Source: Gillisia sp. (lineage in GTDB: Bacteria > Bacteroidota > Bacteroidia > Flavobacteriales > Flavobacteriaceae). From it: 50,261 nt of DNA. Below, piece by piece: positions 29,652 to 39,885 of the stretch. Every line of letters starts with the position of its first letter. Positions within the stretch are counted from its first letter, which is position 1. The stretch lies in contig JAGXIJ010000125.1 in the NCBI GenBank assembly GCA_024635675.1, positions 1 to 50,261 of the forward strand, read 5' to 3'. The position numbers and the translations under genes were made by a program. The notes below the pieces were generated by a model. That model saw nothing but the letters and a program-made list of their open reading frames with translations. It had not been told where the DNA came from and did not search any database.

Positions 29652-29734
29652 ACATTTCCTCAGGATCATTTAGACGTGCTATTTATGGAAGAAAATAGCT
29701 TAGTGCAAATTAGCTAATAGAAAATGATAAGATT

Positions 29735-30196
29735 CTAATTCACCGAAATCAATTTCACCTCAAAAATCAATACGGAGCCACCGGGAATACCGCTATAATC
29801 ATTGTTTCCATAACCCAAATGTGCAGGGACCAATAATAACCCAGAACCACCTTCTTTGAAATAAGTAATTCCTTCTGTCCATCCTTTTATTACTTGTTGT
29901 AAATTAAATGATATTCCATTGGCATTACTTTGGTCGAAGACAGATCCATTTATAAATGACCCTTTATAAGCTACTGTTACATTAGAATTTGAATTTGGTT
30001 GATCTCCCGTTCCTTCTTCATTAATAACATAGTATAAACCTGAATCACTCTTTTCAGCGTTTAAATCATGCCCTTCAATATATGTGGTAATTTCCAGTTC
30101 ATTTTTGGCCATGACATCTACATTATCATTTGAAGTGTCTTTACTATCACAGGCTAAGAAAAGTGTAAGGATTACTGCTAAAAGTGGATATTTCAT
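29735..30196 (-). CDS. FKBP-type peptidyl-prolyl isomerase, lipoprotein
   Basis: Lipobox FLAC; SGLYY, V.V.YKG...NG.VFD, VIKGWTEG, P.HLGYG, IPGGSVLIFEV.L. Confidence 0.95.
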   Translation of the reverse strand: MKYPLLAVILTLFLACDSKDTSNDNVDVMAKNELEITTYIEGHDLNAEKSDSGLYYVINEEGTGDQPNSNSNVTVAYKGSFINGSVFDQSNANGISFNLQQVIKGWTEGITYFKEGGSGLLLVPAHLGYGNNDYSGIPGGSVLIFEVKLISVN

Positions 30197-30343
30197 AATG
30201 TTAATTTTTAGAGCGCAAATATAGGAAATGTAAGTTGGTCTTAGGTTTTTATATAGATGAGATGTTTTTAAAAATAAAGCTAATTTTGGATAACAAATTT
30301 CCTCTCTTAAAAGATAATGAAGGTATTAAAAGGAGATTCTTTA

Positions 30344-30973
30344 CTATTCTAAATCTAAGAATTCTTGAAATACTTCTAAAAATTTTGCAACATGAAAACC
30401 ATCCATTAAACCATGATGAGCATTAATTGCAACGGGTAGTTTTAACTGGCTGTTTTGTTCGTACATCTTCCCAAAAGTAATTTTTGGGACGCTATCACTG
30501 GTTTTAAAATCTCTGGAATGGGTGAGCCCGGTTAGCTTGTGCCACGGGAATGAAGAATAATGGATGGCATCCAATCTTTGAGTATTCTCACTTAAACGTA
30601 ATCCTGTAGAGTTTTGAACTTCGTTAATCTCTTTATTCAATGCGGTTTGAAAAACATCAAAATCGGGATGGAATTCCGCAAAAGAAAAAGCGAAGGTGCC
30701 ATCCTTACGAGCAATGGTTGCGGCAGCATGTACTATATCACAAACAACAACCTCTTTAGCTAATATTCTGTATTTAAATTCAGGGATTTCATTAATTGCG
30801 GTTAGTGATTTATGTAAATAATGAGCAAAGAAGGATCGATCATTATTTTTGGAGAATTTATATGCTTTAGTGCAATCTACTTCAGAAACTATCCCAAAAA
30901 AAGGTTCGTCAAAATTTGAAAAAAATTCAAAATGTTCTTTTCTATTCCAGCCTTGTAGATCCAGTTTTTGCAT
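30344..30973 (-). CDS. cat: CatA-like O-acetyltransferase (chloramphenicol acetyltransferase family)
   Basis: W.RKEHF.FF, S.FPW, P.ITFGK, catalytic HHGLMDGFH. Confidence 0.88.
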   Translation of the reverse strand: MQKLDLQGWNRKEHFEFFSNFDEPFFGIVSEVDCTKAYKFSKNNDRSFFAHYLHKSLTAINEIPEFKYRILAKEVVVCDIVHAAATIARKDGTFAFSFAEFHPDFDVFQTALNKEINEVQNSTGLRLSENTQRLDAIHYSSFPWHKLTGLTHSRDFKTSDSVPKITFGKMYEQNSQLKLPVAINAHHGLMDGFHVAKFLEVFQEFLDLE

Positions 30974-31028
30974 ATTTCAAAGGTCATCAAAAATCTGGAA
31001 AACATGGGTGCAATTAAGGACAGAAATT

Positions 31029-32896
31029 TTAAAATTCGATAGCCGAGATCACTTCCAGAATTATTGGTTGACCAATTTTTTCTTCTATTTGTTCTTTTAT
31101 TTTCCCCATTTCTTCTGAATCTATCGCTTCCGGACTTACAAGTTTAAGGGAAACCATAAGTGGTGTTCCAGTTCTTACTTTCACATCCCGGAGATAGATT
31201 CTATCAAAGTTGGTTCCCTCTAGTTTTGAAGTAATACTTGCTTCGCGCTTTATCCTATAAAGGAAAGTGAAAGTGGTATCATTACGATGCTAATGATTAT
31301 CAGCGTATAAACCAATCCCAATCTGGCACGTTTAAAGGGAGCAAAACCCAGTAATAAGAATGTGATCCCGGCAAACATGATGATTCCGGCAAGATTGGTT
31401 AGATAAAGTAGGAAGGCTCCTGAAAAAACATCCCAATCCCACCAGCCAATTCCAATTCCCGCCACTGCTAGCGGAGGAACTAGCGCAACTGCAATTGCAA
31501 CCCCCGCAAGACTTTTTGCAATTCCTTCCTTGGCATGAGCGTATGCAGCCGCTATTCCCGAGGCAACTGCAATTCCCATATCCAGAAGAGTAGGGGTAAG
31601 TCTGGCATCTATTTCGCCTGTTATTACTTTTAAAGGAATTATGAGACTAACCCCAGCAGCAAATATTAAAGCCACCACAGTTCCAATAAGTATGGTAACA
31701 ATTCCGGTTTTAAGCATGTTGGTATCATATCTCACCATCCCCATGGAAAAGGAGACAATTGGGGCAATGATGGGCGCAAGGATCATCGCTCCAATAATTA
31801 CAGGAGAGGAGTCACCAAAAAGCCCAAAAGTAGCAATCAGCGTAGCCAGGATCATCATTACTAGGAAGGAGGATTTTAATTTTGCATTCTCTCTTAAAAC
31901 TGTAAATAAATCCTGAAATTCCTCTGCGGTGGCTCTTGGTAAAATGGGTAATTTCCTCTTTATTAATTCTTCTCTGCGCTCTCCGGTAGGAAGACTGTCT
32001 ATTTTAAGGCTTTTCTTGTCATCTGTCCCATTATTTTCAGAGGCATAAATACTTTTTTGATGAAGGTTTAAATGCTCTTTTCCCGCTTTTAGCGTTATTA
32101 CTTTATTGCTAAATTTTTCTCCATCTATAGTGAATTCAAATGGAGAGTCATTTTCAATTATAAGATTAGAGGTTATTATTTGCCCAATAAAATTAGGTAA
32201 TTGTCGTATAGCTTTGGGATTTGGAATGAGGCTTCTAAAGAGGAATACCAGAAGTTGAAACAAATTTTGAGGCGCTAAAATAAGTGCGTGAAATTTACCG
32301 TCATTCATTGCAGAATCCGAAATTAATCTCTTTGAAATTATAGAGCCCGAAGCATGTTCTACCGCAACAATTCCTAAGGCAGAGGTTTGGATGATCTTTT
32401 CCCCATCGGCACTTATAAGAAAAGGAGGATGGGAAAGTTCTGGCAACTTTCTTATATTTTTCAAAAAGCTAAAAACTTCAGAAAGAAACCCAGTTTGAGT
32501 CCTTTCTTTAGAAAAAACAAAGACATCTCCAATAATAACCGATTGAAACACTGGAATATCGTTACACTTAAGAATATCCAATTTGCAAAATTCATCAACT
32601 AAAAGAATTTCCTGAATAACATCTTCTAATTTTTCTGAAAGCCCAAATCCTTTAATAGCTTTTTTAGCATTCGGGTGAGGTAAAATGCCTATTGGCCAGT
32701 TTTTAGCTGAGCTAATGAGCAAAATTTTTTTTAAAGCTGTGTCGTCTAAATAAATAATTATTATGGAATTTTCTTCAGGAATAAAATCTGAAGAAATAGG
32801 AACAGATAAAAGGGAGAAATCTATTTTTTCAAAATAGGGAACCAGTTCATCTGCAACAATCTCAAGTTCTTGCGGATCATGTAAAATATAGATCAT
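31029..32896 (-). pseudogene. DAGK-like N-domain + DUF389/TIGR00341 membrane protein; 1-nt frameshift removes about 75 C-terminal aa
   Basis: DUF389 motifs 'VIIGAMILAP', 'GVAIAVALVPPL', 'LYLTNL'. At about 31257 a shift gives RIKREASITSKLEG...YLRDVKV...PIILEVISAIEF* (stop 31029-31031); 622 aa when restored. The 548-aa product may still be functional. Confidence 0.78.
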
Positions 32897-32999
32897 AGAT
32901 CGATTTCAGCAATTGTATACTGCAAGGTATCAATTTTTAGAATTGTCTATTTTTTATTTAACCAAATGTTGGCAAAGCTTTATTCTCCTACCAATGAGA

Positions 33000-34301
33000 T
33001 TATTTTGTGTTGATTAATCTGTAAATTAATATGGCGGTACGCTTTGTTAAATTTTCTATAGAATATAGGTTTACCGTTTCTTGAGGTGTATGGGCATTGG
33101 AACCCATGGTGCCCAAACCGTCTAGTGCATCTACATACGAGGCAATAAATGAGATATCGGCTGCTCCTCGTTTACTTGGATCGTAAGCTTCTACTTTACC
33201 TTGATTAAGATCTATACTCACCTCGCTTAAGAGATCTAGTAATTTTTGATTTCCCTCTGTAGGTGCCATAGCAGGATAGCTATCTGTAAATTTTATTTGA
33301 GCACTGGTTTGAGGTAAATTTTTGGATACTATTTCTCTCATTTTAGATCTAGCATTTTCTTTTTGTTCTTCCGAAATAAATCTTAATCCACCTTTCACAA
33401 GAGCTTTTTGAGCTACTACATTGGTCTTGCCAAACACATTCCCTTTACTGGTCATGTCATCAATTTCCCCAAAGGTTCCACCAACCAGCACTCCCGGATT
33501 GAAGGTTAAATATTCTTCTCCTCTCACCTCATTATAAAAGTCATTAAGAATTCTTGACATTTCGAATATAGCACCTGCACCTGTATCTTCATTAAATATC
33601 CCAGAAGAATGTGCTCTTTTACCGGTTACTTCTACTTCCCAATCTGAAGATCCTCTTCTAGCTATCGTGGCATTGTTGTAGCCTGTTGCGGTTTCAAAAC
33701 CAAGAGCAATGTCACTTTTTTTAGCAGCTTCAATTAGATCTTTTCTGCTAATAGTAAGGGGTTTTCCTGTGCTTTCTTCGTCCCCTGTAAAAGCAGCAAT
33801 TATTTGTGCGTCTTTGAGAAGTCCATTTTCATGTAAAGCTTTAAGTGCAAAAAGAATTATTACATCTCCACCCTTCATGTCATTTCCACCGGGAGCATGC
33901 GCTATGCTATCATTTATCTTCTCGAATTTTTGAAATGGACTGTCCTCTTCAAAAACCGTATCGAAATGGCCTATAAGTAATAGTTTTTTTCCTTTATTGC
34001 CTGATGTTTCAGCAAAAAGATGTCCTCCTCTGTTCATTTCTAACGGCATTTCTATCCATCGAGTCTTAAAATCTATATTATTAAAAGCCTCTTGAAATAC
34101 CAACCCAACTTCTTTTACTCCTTTAGAATTTAAAGACCCACTATTTATATTCACTACTTTTTCCAGAAAAGTAATAGCATCAGAATTGTTGCCTTCTACG
34201 CTAGCGAGGATTTTTTTTTCTGTTTTAGTTAGATTTTGAGCATTTAAGCTATAGAAACCAAAACTAATTAGAAGACCTAGAAGAACTGTTTTTAATTGCA
34301 T
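33000..34301 (-). CDS. Secreted M20 family metallopeptidase (glutamate carboxypeptidase G2-like)
   Basis: Signal peptide; GHFDTV, DMKGG, GDEE, FE, G..AHS, DGLG..G..AH...E. Confidence 0.9.
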   Translation of the reverse strand: MQLKTVLLGLLISFGFYSLNAQNLTKTEKKILASVEGNNSDAITFLEKVVNINSGSLNSKGVKEVGLVFQEAFNNIDFKTRWIEMPLEMNRGGHLFAETSGNKGKKLLLIGHFDTVFEEDSPFQKFEKINDSIAHAPGGNDMKGGDVIILFALKALHENGLLKDAQIIAAFTGDEESTGKPLTISRKDLIEAAKKSDIALGFETATGYNNATIARRGSSDWEVEVTGKRAHSSGIFNEDTGAGAIFEMSRILNDFYNEVRGEEYLTFNPGVLVGGTFGEIDDMTSKGNVFGKTNVVAQKALVKGGLRFISEEQKENARSKMREIVSKNLPQTSAQIKFTDSYPAMAPTEGNQKLLDLLSEVSIDLNQGKVEAYDPSKRGAADISFIASYVDALDGLGTMGSNAHTPQETVNLYSIENLTKRTAILIYRLINTK

Positions 34302-34486
34302 AATTAATAAGTTTAGAACTTGTAAGGTAATAGAATACTATTTAACTATAATTCGTTCCTTCGAAAAATTAGACCTATAGAATAATGTAATGACTAAAGG
34401 TTTATGGATAAATCAAGAACCTCGGGTTAAACCCTCAATGAGGGATTTAAAAAAATAGAGTTTTTCAGGCAAAGTTATATAGATGA

Positions 34487-35692
34487 TTAAATATCTATTT
34501 CAATTTGATTGTGAATTAGATCTTCAAAAACCTCTCTTTTTCTTATTAAATGCGCTTTTCCATTCATCCAAAGAACTTCTGCGGGTCTATATCTGGAATT
34601 GTAATTACTGGCCATAGTAAAGCAATAGGCGCCGGCATTGCTAAAACTAAGTAAGTCTCCTTCTTTTATTTCAGAAATTCTCTTATTGGTGGCGAACGTA
34701 TCTGTTTCACATATATATCCCACAACCGAGTAGAATCGCTCTTTTCCATCAGGATGAGAAATATTGCTTATTTCATGTTGAGAGCCATAAAGCATAGGTC
34801 TTATAAGGTGATTAAATCCAGAATCTATTCCGGCAAAAACAGTAGAGGTGGTTTGTTTGATTACGTTTACTTTTGCAATAAATTTCCCTGCCTCGCTCAC
34901 CAAAAACTTCCCTGGCTCGAACGCAAGAGTTAGCTCTCGGCCATATTCTTCACAAAAACCAAGAAACTTTTCGCTCAACTTTTCGCCTAATTCTTCAATA
35001 TTGGTTTCGATGTCGCCTGTTTTATAAGGGACCTTAAAGCCGCTTCCAAAATCTATAAAATCCAGATCGGGGAAATGTTTTGCGGTTTCAAATAATATTT
35101 CAGAAGCATATAAAAACACTTCAATATCCAGAATATCACTTCCCGTGTGCATATGAATTCCGTTTATATGCATTCCGGTATTTTCTACGATTCGCAATAA
35201 ATGAGGGATCTGATGAATAGAGATCCCAAATTTGGAATCGATGTGGCCTACAGAAATGTTGCTGTTCCCGCCTGCCATTACATGCGGATTAATTCTTATG
35301 CATACTGGTGTCTTAGGATGCCTGGTCCCAAATTGTTCCAGAATAGATAGGTTGTCGATATTAATTTGAACCCCAAGAGTAGTCACCTCTTCAATCTCTT
35401 CCAAGGAAACCCCATTTGGAGTATATATAATTTTAGAGGGTTCAAACCCAGCCTTCAAGCCTAATTTAACTTCCTGAATAGAAACTGTATCTAGACCAGA
35501 ACCTAAAGAATTAAACAATTTAAGGATCGAAAGATTAGAAAGGGCCTTAGCAGCATAATTTATTCGAACATTTTCGATCTTATTAAAAGCTGAGGTAAGT
35601 CTATTATATTGAAACTGAATTTTTTCAGCATCGTATACATAAATTGGGCTCCCAAATTCAGAGGCAATGTTTATGAGGTCTTGATTATTCAT
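34487..35692 (-). CDS. lysA: Diaminopimelate decarboxylase
   Basis: YAAKA, RINP, SKFGI, HMHTGS, EPGK, G.ICE.D, GAY...MASNYN. Confidence 0.96.
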   Translation of the reverse strand: MNNQDLINIASEFGSPIYVYDAEKIQFQYNRLTSAFNKIENVRINYAAKALSNLSILKLFNSLGSGLDTVSIQEVKLGLKAGFEPSKIIYTPNGVSLEEIEEVTTLGVQINIDNLSILEQFGTRHPKTPVCIRINPHVMAGGNSNISVGHIDSKFGISIHQIPHLLRIVENTGMHINGIHMHTGSDILDIEVFLYASEILFETAKHFPDLDFIDFGSGFKVPYKTGDIETNIEELGEKLSEKFLGFCEEYGRELTLAFEPGKFLVSEAGKFIAKVNVIKQTTSTVFAGIDSGFNHLIRPMLYGSQHEISNISHPDGKERFYSVVGYICETDTFATNKRISEIKEGDLLSFSNAGAYCFTMASNYNSRYRPAEVLWMNGKAHLIRKREVFEDLIHNQIEIDI

Positions 35693-35712
35693 TAAAGTTG
35701 GATTTTAAATTG

Positions 35713-35720
35713 CAAAAATA
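35713..35720 (-). promoter_or_regulatory. sigma70 -7 element (TATTTTTG) for lysA
   Basis: Consensus match 20 nt upstream of ATG. Confidence 0.6.
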
Positions 35721-35816
35721 ACCGACATTTTTAATAAGATATGAGGAATGTCAAAATAATACACATTAATTATATCTGTATAATGTATAACACAATGCCA
35801 ATATTAAGGATTATGT

Positions 35817-36995
35817 CTAAGCCTCTGTGAGGATTGGCAATCTTTCTTGATTTCTTTTTCTTAGTAATATAACTCCAAAAGCGATTAAAACACCACTACC
35901 AGCCATCGCAGCACCAACTAAAGTTGCGGAGGTTAAACCGTATCCCATCGCAATTGGTAAACCCGCCAAATATGCTCCGGAGGCATTCCCCATGTTAAAG
36001 GCGCTCTGATTTAAAGAAGAACCTAACATTTCAGATCCTTTAGACGAGTTTATTACCGCCATTTGAATGGGAGTTGCTATACAGAAAGCGACCATACCTA
36101 TTAGAAAGGTCATAATTAGTATTAAAACTGGATCATGTGCCAAGTATGTATTGGCAACTAAAAGAATTACCATCGTAATTAAAGTAAAGATTACGGCATA
36201 TATAGGGCTAAACTTTTCTGTTAGTTTCGCTCCTAAAAAATTCCCAACAACCATTCCCACACCGGCAAGAATCATAGCATAACTCACCACACTTTCATCG
36301 TGTCCTGCAACATTTGTGATTAAAGGAGCTATATAACTATACCAGGCGAAAAAACCTCCTGTTCCAACGGTTGTAAGTAAGATTACCATCCAAAGTTCAG
36401 GTTTTTTGAGCACTTTCAAATCTTTTTTAAATCCATCGGGCGAAGCTTTATCTAAAGCAGGCATCCAGAATTTAATTCCCAGCATAGCCAGAATTCCAAT
36501 TATCCCCACCATTAAAAATGAAATACCCCAACTATAATGATGTCCCAAATAGGTGCCTAGAGGCACACCCAATACGTTTGCTAAGGTTAAACCGGTAAAC
36601 ATAGTTGCGATAGCCTTTGCAGATTCTCCGGGTTTTGCCAGTTTTCCTGCTACCACGGCTCCAATTCCAAAAAAAGCACCATGTGGTAAACCTGATAAAA
36701 ATCTGGCTGCGAGTAACATTTCATAACTTTCGGAAAATGCAGAAAGTGTGTTGAAAACTGTGAACCACAGCATTAATAATAGCAAGATTTTATGTGCTGG
36801 CCATTTTCCTCCAATAGCTGTAATTAAAGGAGCACCAACAACAACACCCAACGCATAGGCAGAAATAAAATGTCCTGCTTTTGGAATGCTAATATCCAAG
36901 GAGGTGGCAACATCTGGTAAAATACCCATAATTACAAACTCAGTCATTCCAATCCCAAATCCTCCTATTGCTAATGCTAATAATCCTTTATTCAT
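35817..36995 (-). CDS. MFS transporter, AraJ/DHA1 type
   Basis: LALA.GGFGIGMTEF, ISAYALGVVVGAP, RF.SGLPHGAFFG, GVPLGT, N.SAFN.GNA.GA. Confidence 0.92.
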   Translation of the reverse strand: MNKGLLALAIGGFGIGMTEFVIMGILPDVATSLDISIPKAGHFISAYALGVVVGAPLITAIGGKWPAHKILLLLMLWFTVFNTLSAFSESYEMLLAARFLSGLPHGAFFGIGAVVAGKLAKPGESAKAIATMFTGLTLANVLGVPLGTYLGHHYSWGISFLMVGIIGILAMLGIKFWMPALDKASPDGFKKDLKVLKKPELWMVILLTTVGTGGFFAWYSYIAPLITNVAGHDESVVSYAMILAGVGMVVGNFLGAKLTEKFSPIYAVIFTLITMVILLVANTYLAHDPVLILIMTFLIGMVAFCIATPIQMAVINSSKGSEMLGSSLNQSAFNMGNASGAYLAGLPIAMGYGLTSATLVGAAMAGSGVLIAFGVILLRKRNQERLPILTEA

Positions 36996-37181
36996 CTAGA
37001 AAAAATTAAACCGCAAAAATAAGGTAGAATTCCTATTTGGCGTAATATTATTAAGGGAAAACACTACAACGATTTAGTGAATTGGAGGTTTAAATCATCG
37101 ATATTATAAATACTTTTTAAAGCTTTTGAAGAGAAGAGAGTTATTACCCAAAAAAGATTGGTACAGTACTTATACATTTGT

Positions 37182-37189
37182 TACTTTTG
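37182..37189 (+). promoter_or_regulatory. sigma70 -7 element (TACTTTTG) for sucC
   Basis: Lies inside the ORF-track extension 37178-37222, supporting a start at 37223. Confidence 0.6.
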
Positions 37190-37222
37190 CGTTCCGTAAT
37201 TAATACTGAAGAAAAGCAGATT

Positions 37223-38413
37223 ATGAACATACACGAATATCAAGGAAAAGAAATTTTGAACAGCTTTGGCGTACGCATTCAGCGTGGTATTGTTGCTCAT
37301 AACGCGAAAGAAGCAGTAGATGCTGCAAAAGAACTTACCGAGCTAACCGGGACTGGATGGCACGTTATTAAAGCTCAGGTTCATGCCGGAGGACGTGGTA
37401 AAGGTGGTGGAGTTAAACTTGCTAAAAACCTAAAAGAGGTAGAAGAAATTGCAGGACAAATAATCGGGATGAATCTGGTTACGCCTCAAACTTCCGCTGA
37501 AGGTAAAAAAGTTCACCAAGTATTAGTTACAGAAGATGTTTATTATCCTGGGGATAGTGAGCCGGAAGAGTACTATATGTCTGTTCTTTTAAATAGAACT
37601 ACAGGGCGTAATATGATCATGTATTCTACTGAAGGTGGAATGGATATAGAAACTGTTGCTGAAGAAACTCCGCATTTAATCTTTACTGAAGAAGTAGATC
37701 CTTCTGTTGGATTAATGGGATTTCAGGCTAGAAGAATTGCATTTAACCTTGGGTTAAGTGGAACTGCATTTAAAGAAATGACGAAATTCGTTATGGCTCT
37801 TTATACTGCATATGTAGAATCTGATTCTGCTTTATTTGAGATCAACCCTGTTCTTAAAACAAGTGATGATAAGATCATGGCAGTAGATGCAAAAGTAACA
37901 ATAGATGACAATGCATTATATAGACATAAGGATTATGCAGAGATGCGTGATATTCGTGAAGAGAATCCTGTAGAAGTTGAAGCAAGAAAAGTTGGACTTA
38001 ACTATGTAGATCTAGACGGAAACGTTGGATGTATGGTGAACGGAGCAGGACTTGCAATGGCAACTATGGATCTTATTAAACAAGCAGGAGGGGAACCAGC
38101 TAACTTCTTGGATGTTGGTGGAACTGCAGATGCAAAAAGAGTAGAAGAAGCATTTAGATTGATTTTAAAAGATGAGAACGTAAAAGCGATCCTTGTAAAT
38201 ATCTTTGGTGGTATTGTAAGATGTGATCGTGTTGCTCAAGGAATTGTAGATGCATATAAGAACATGGGGAACATTACTGTGCCTATTATCGTTCGTCTAC
38301 AAGGAACCAATGCAGATATCGCAAAAGAAATTATAGATAATAGCGGATTGGATGTGCAGAGTGCTATAGAATTCCAGGAAGCTGCAGATAAAGTTCAAGC
38401 GGTTTTAGCTTAA
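37223..38413 (+). CDS. sucC: Succinyl-CoA ligase beta subunit
   Basis: MNIHEYQGK (ATG 37223), KAQVHAGGRGKGGGV, EGGMDIE, EINP, NGAGLAMAT.D, ANFLDVGG, NIFGGIVRCD. Confidence 0.98.
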   Translation: MNIHEYQGKEILNSFGVRIQRGIVAHNAKEAVDAAKELTELTGTGWHVIKAQVHAGGRGKGGGVKLAKNLKEVEEIAGQIIGMNLVTPQTSAEGKKVHQVLVTEDVYYPGDSEPEEYYMSVLLNRTTGRNMIMYSTEGGMDIETVAEETPHLIFTEEVDPSVGLMGFQARRIAFNLGLSGTAFKEMTKFVMALYTAYVESDSALFEINPVLKTSDDKIMAVDAKVTIDDNALYRHKDYAEMRDIREENPVEVEARKVGLNYVDLDGNVGCMVNGAGLAMATMDLIKQAGGEPANFLDVGGTADAKRVEEAFRLILKDENVKAILVNIFGGIVRCDRVAQGIVDAYKNMGNITVPIIVRLQGTNADIAKEIIDNSGLDVQSAIEFQEAADKVQAVLA

Positions 38414-38431
38414 ACTTTTTAGCATATAAAT

Positions 38432-38463
38432 AAAAAATCCCGAGCAATTGCTTGGGATTTTTT
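38432..38463. terminator. Bidirectional intrinsic terminator
   Basis: AAAAAATCCCGAGC-AATT-GCTTGGGATTTTTT between convergent sucC and amt. Confidence 0.85.
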
Positions 38464-38620
38464 GTTTTTTAAAGTTTGGAGTTAATAAAGCATCAAGATT
38501 TTTTTATGAATTAGATTACTAATTGTCAATTAGTTAAAATCAAGTCTATGTTCTCATATCTAGCAGCGAAGCGTTCTCTGATCTTAACCGGAGAATACTA
38601 ATAATAAAAATATTACTTAC

Positions 38621-39859
38621 CTAATGCTCGTTAGATCTAAAATCTGGATAGGCATCCATTCCATGTTCATGCTTGTCTAATCCTTCTAATTCCTCTATTT
38701 CAGAAACTCTTATCCCTGCCACAGATTTAATAATTGCAAGTATGATAAAGGAGCTTATTACACAAAATGCTCCCACGATTCCAACTCCCGTTAATTGAAT
38801 TAGGAATTGATCTATCCCTGCCATAGATCCAAATATCCCTACTGCCAAGGTACCCCATATTCCACAGATTAGATGTACCGCAACTGCGCCCACTGGATCA
38901 TCCAATTTCAATTTATCTATAAGTGCTACGCCCATTACTATTATACCACCTGCAATCAGGCCAATTATTACAGCTTCGTTAGGAGACATTAAATCGGCGC
39001 CGGCAGTAATACCTACGAGTCCTCCTAAAATTCCATTAAGAAACATGGTGAGGTCATAATTCTTATACATTAAGGTTGACACTAAAAATGCTGAAATTCC
39101 ACCTGCTGCTGCTGCCAAAGATGTTGTTACAAGTACCAAGGAGGTAATTGCCGGGTCGGCAGATAGTACAGATCCTCCGTTAAAGCCAAACCATCCTAAC
39201 CATAAAATTAATACTCCTGCAACCGCAAAAGGAATATTGTGGCCGGGGATAGGTTGAGGTTTGTTATATTCATTGAATTTACCAATACGGGGTCCTAATA
39301 GAAATATCGCTACTAATGCGGCCCAACCACCAACAGAGTGTACCAAAGTAGATCCCGCAAAGTCATAAAATCCCATGCTGTCAAGGAATCCGCCACCCCA
39401 TTTCCATGAACCAACTATTGGATAGATTAGTCCTACATAAATAACAACAAATATCATAAATCCTCCAATCTTGATACGTTCTGCGACGGCTCCTGAGACA
39501 ATAGTGGCTGCAGTTGCAGCAAACATTCCCTGAAAAAGGAAATCTGTCCACCAAGTGTATCCTCCACTGGCATATTCGGGGAGCATTCCATTTTCTGGAG
39601 CTGAAATTCCGAAGCCCGCAAATTTCAAGATCCCTGCAGAACCTTCCTCAAATCCCGGATACATCAAATTGAAACCTCCTATATAGTACATAAGTAAACC
39701 CGCACAAATAATAAATAGATTTTTGAAGAGGATGTTTATGGTATTCTTTTGTCTGGTAAGTCCAATCTCGAGCAATGAAAAACCGAGGTGCATAAAAAAT
39801 ACCAACCCGGTACATATCATCATCCATATATTGTTTGCTGTAAATAATCCTGAGTCCAT
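38621..39859 (-). CDS. amt: Ammonium transporter
   Basis: FQGMFA, SGAVAER, DFAGS..VH, WFGFN, DDPVGA.AVH (twin His kept). Confidence 0.97.
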   Translation of the reverse strand: MDSGLFTANNIWMMICTGLVFFMHLGFSLLEIGLTRQKNTINILFKNLFIICAGLLMYYIGGFNLMYPGFEEGSAGILKFAGFGISAPENGMLPEYASGGYTWWTDFLFQGMFAATAATIVSGAVAERIKIGGFMIFVVIYVGLIYPIVGSWKWGGGFLDSMGFYDFAGSTLVHSVGGWAALVAIFLLGPRIGKFNEYNKPQPIPGHNIPFAVAGVLILWLGWFGFNGGSVLSADPAITSLVLVTTSLAAAAGGISAFLVSTLMYKNYDLTMFLNGILGGLVGITAGADLMSPNEAVIIGLIAGGIIVMGVALIDKLKLDDPVGAVAVHLICGIWGTLAVGIFGSMAGIDQFLIQLTGVGIVGAFCVISSFIILAIIKSVAGIRVSEIEELEGLDKHEHGMDAYPDFRSNEH

Positions 39860-39885
39860 ATAATTAACATTTTATTCTTTAATAA

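Noticed and set aside
17470-31260. Programmed ribosomal frameshifting as an explanation of the four broken genes
   Set aside because: No canonical slippery heptamer or stimulatory structure at the sites, and these families are not known to recode. Mutation or assembly error is simpler.
37178-38413. sucC without sucD, and the ORF-track start at 37178
   Set aside because: Split sucC/sucD is ordinary in Flavobacteriaceae; the conserved N-terminus begins at 37223.
38560-38595. GCAGCGAAGCG stretch as another REP remnant
   Set aside because: Too short and lacks a partner unit.
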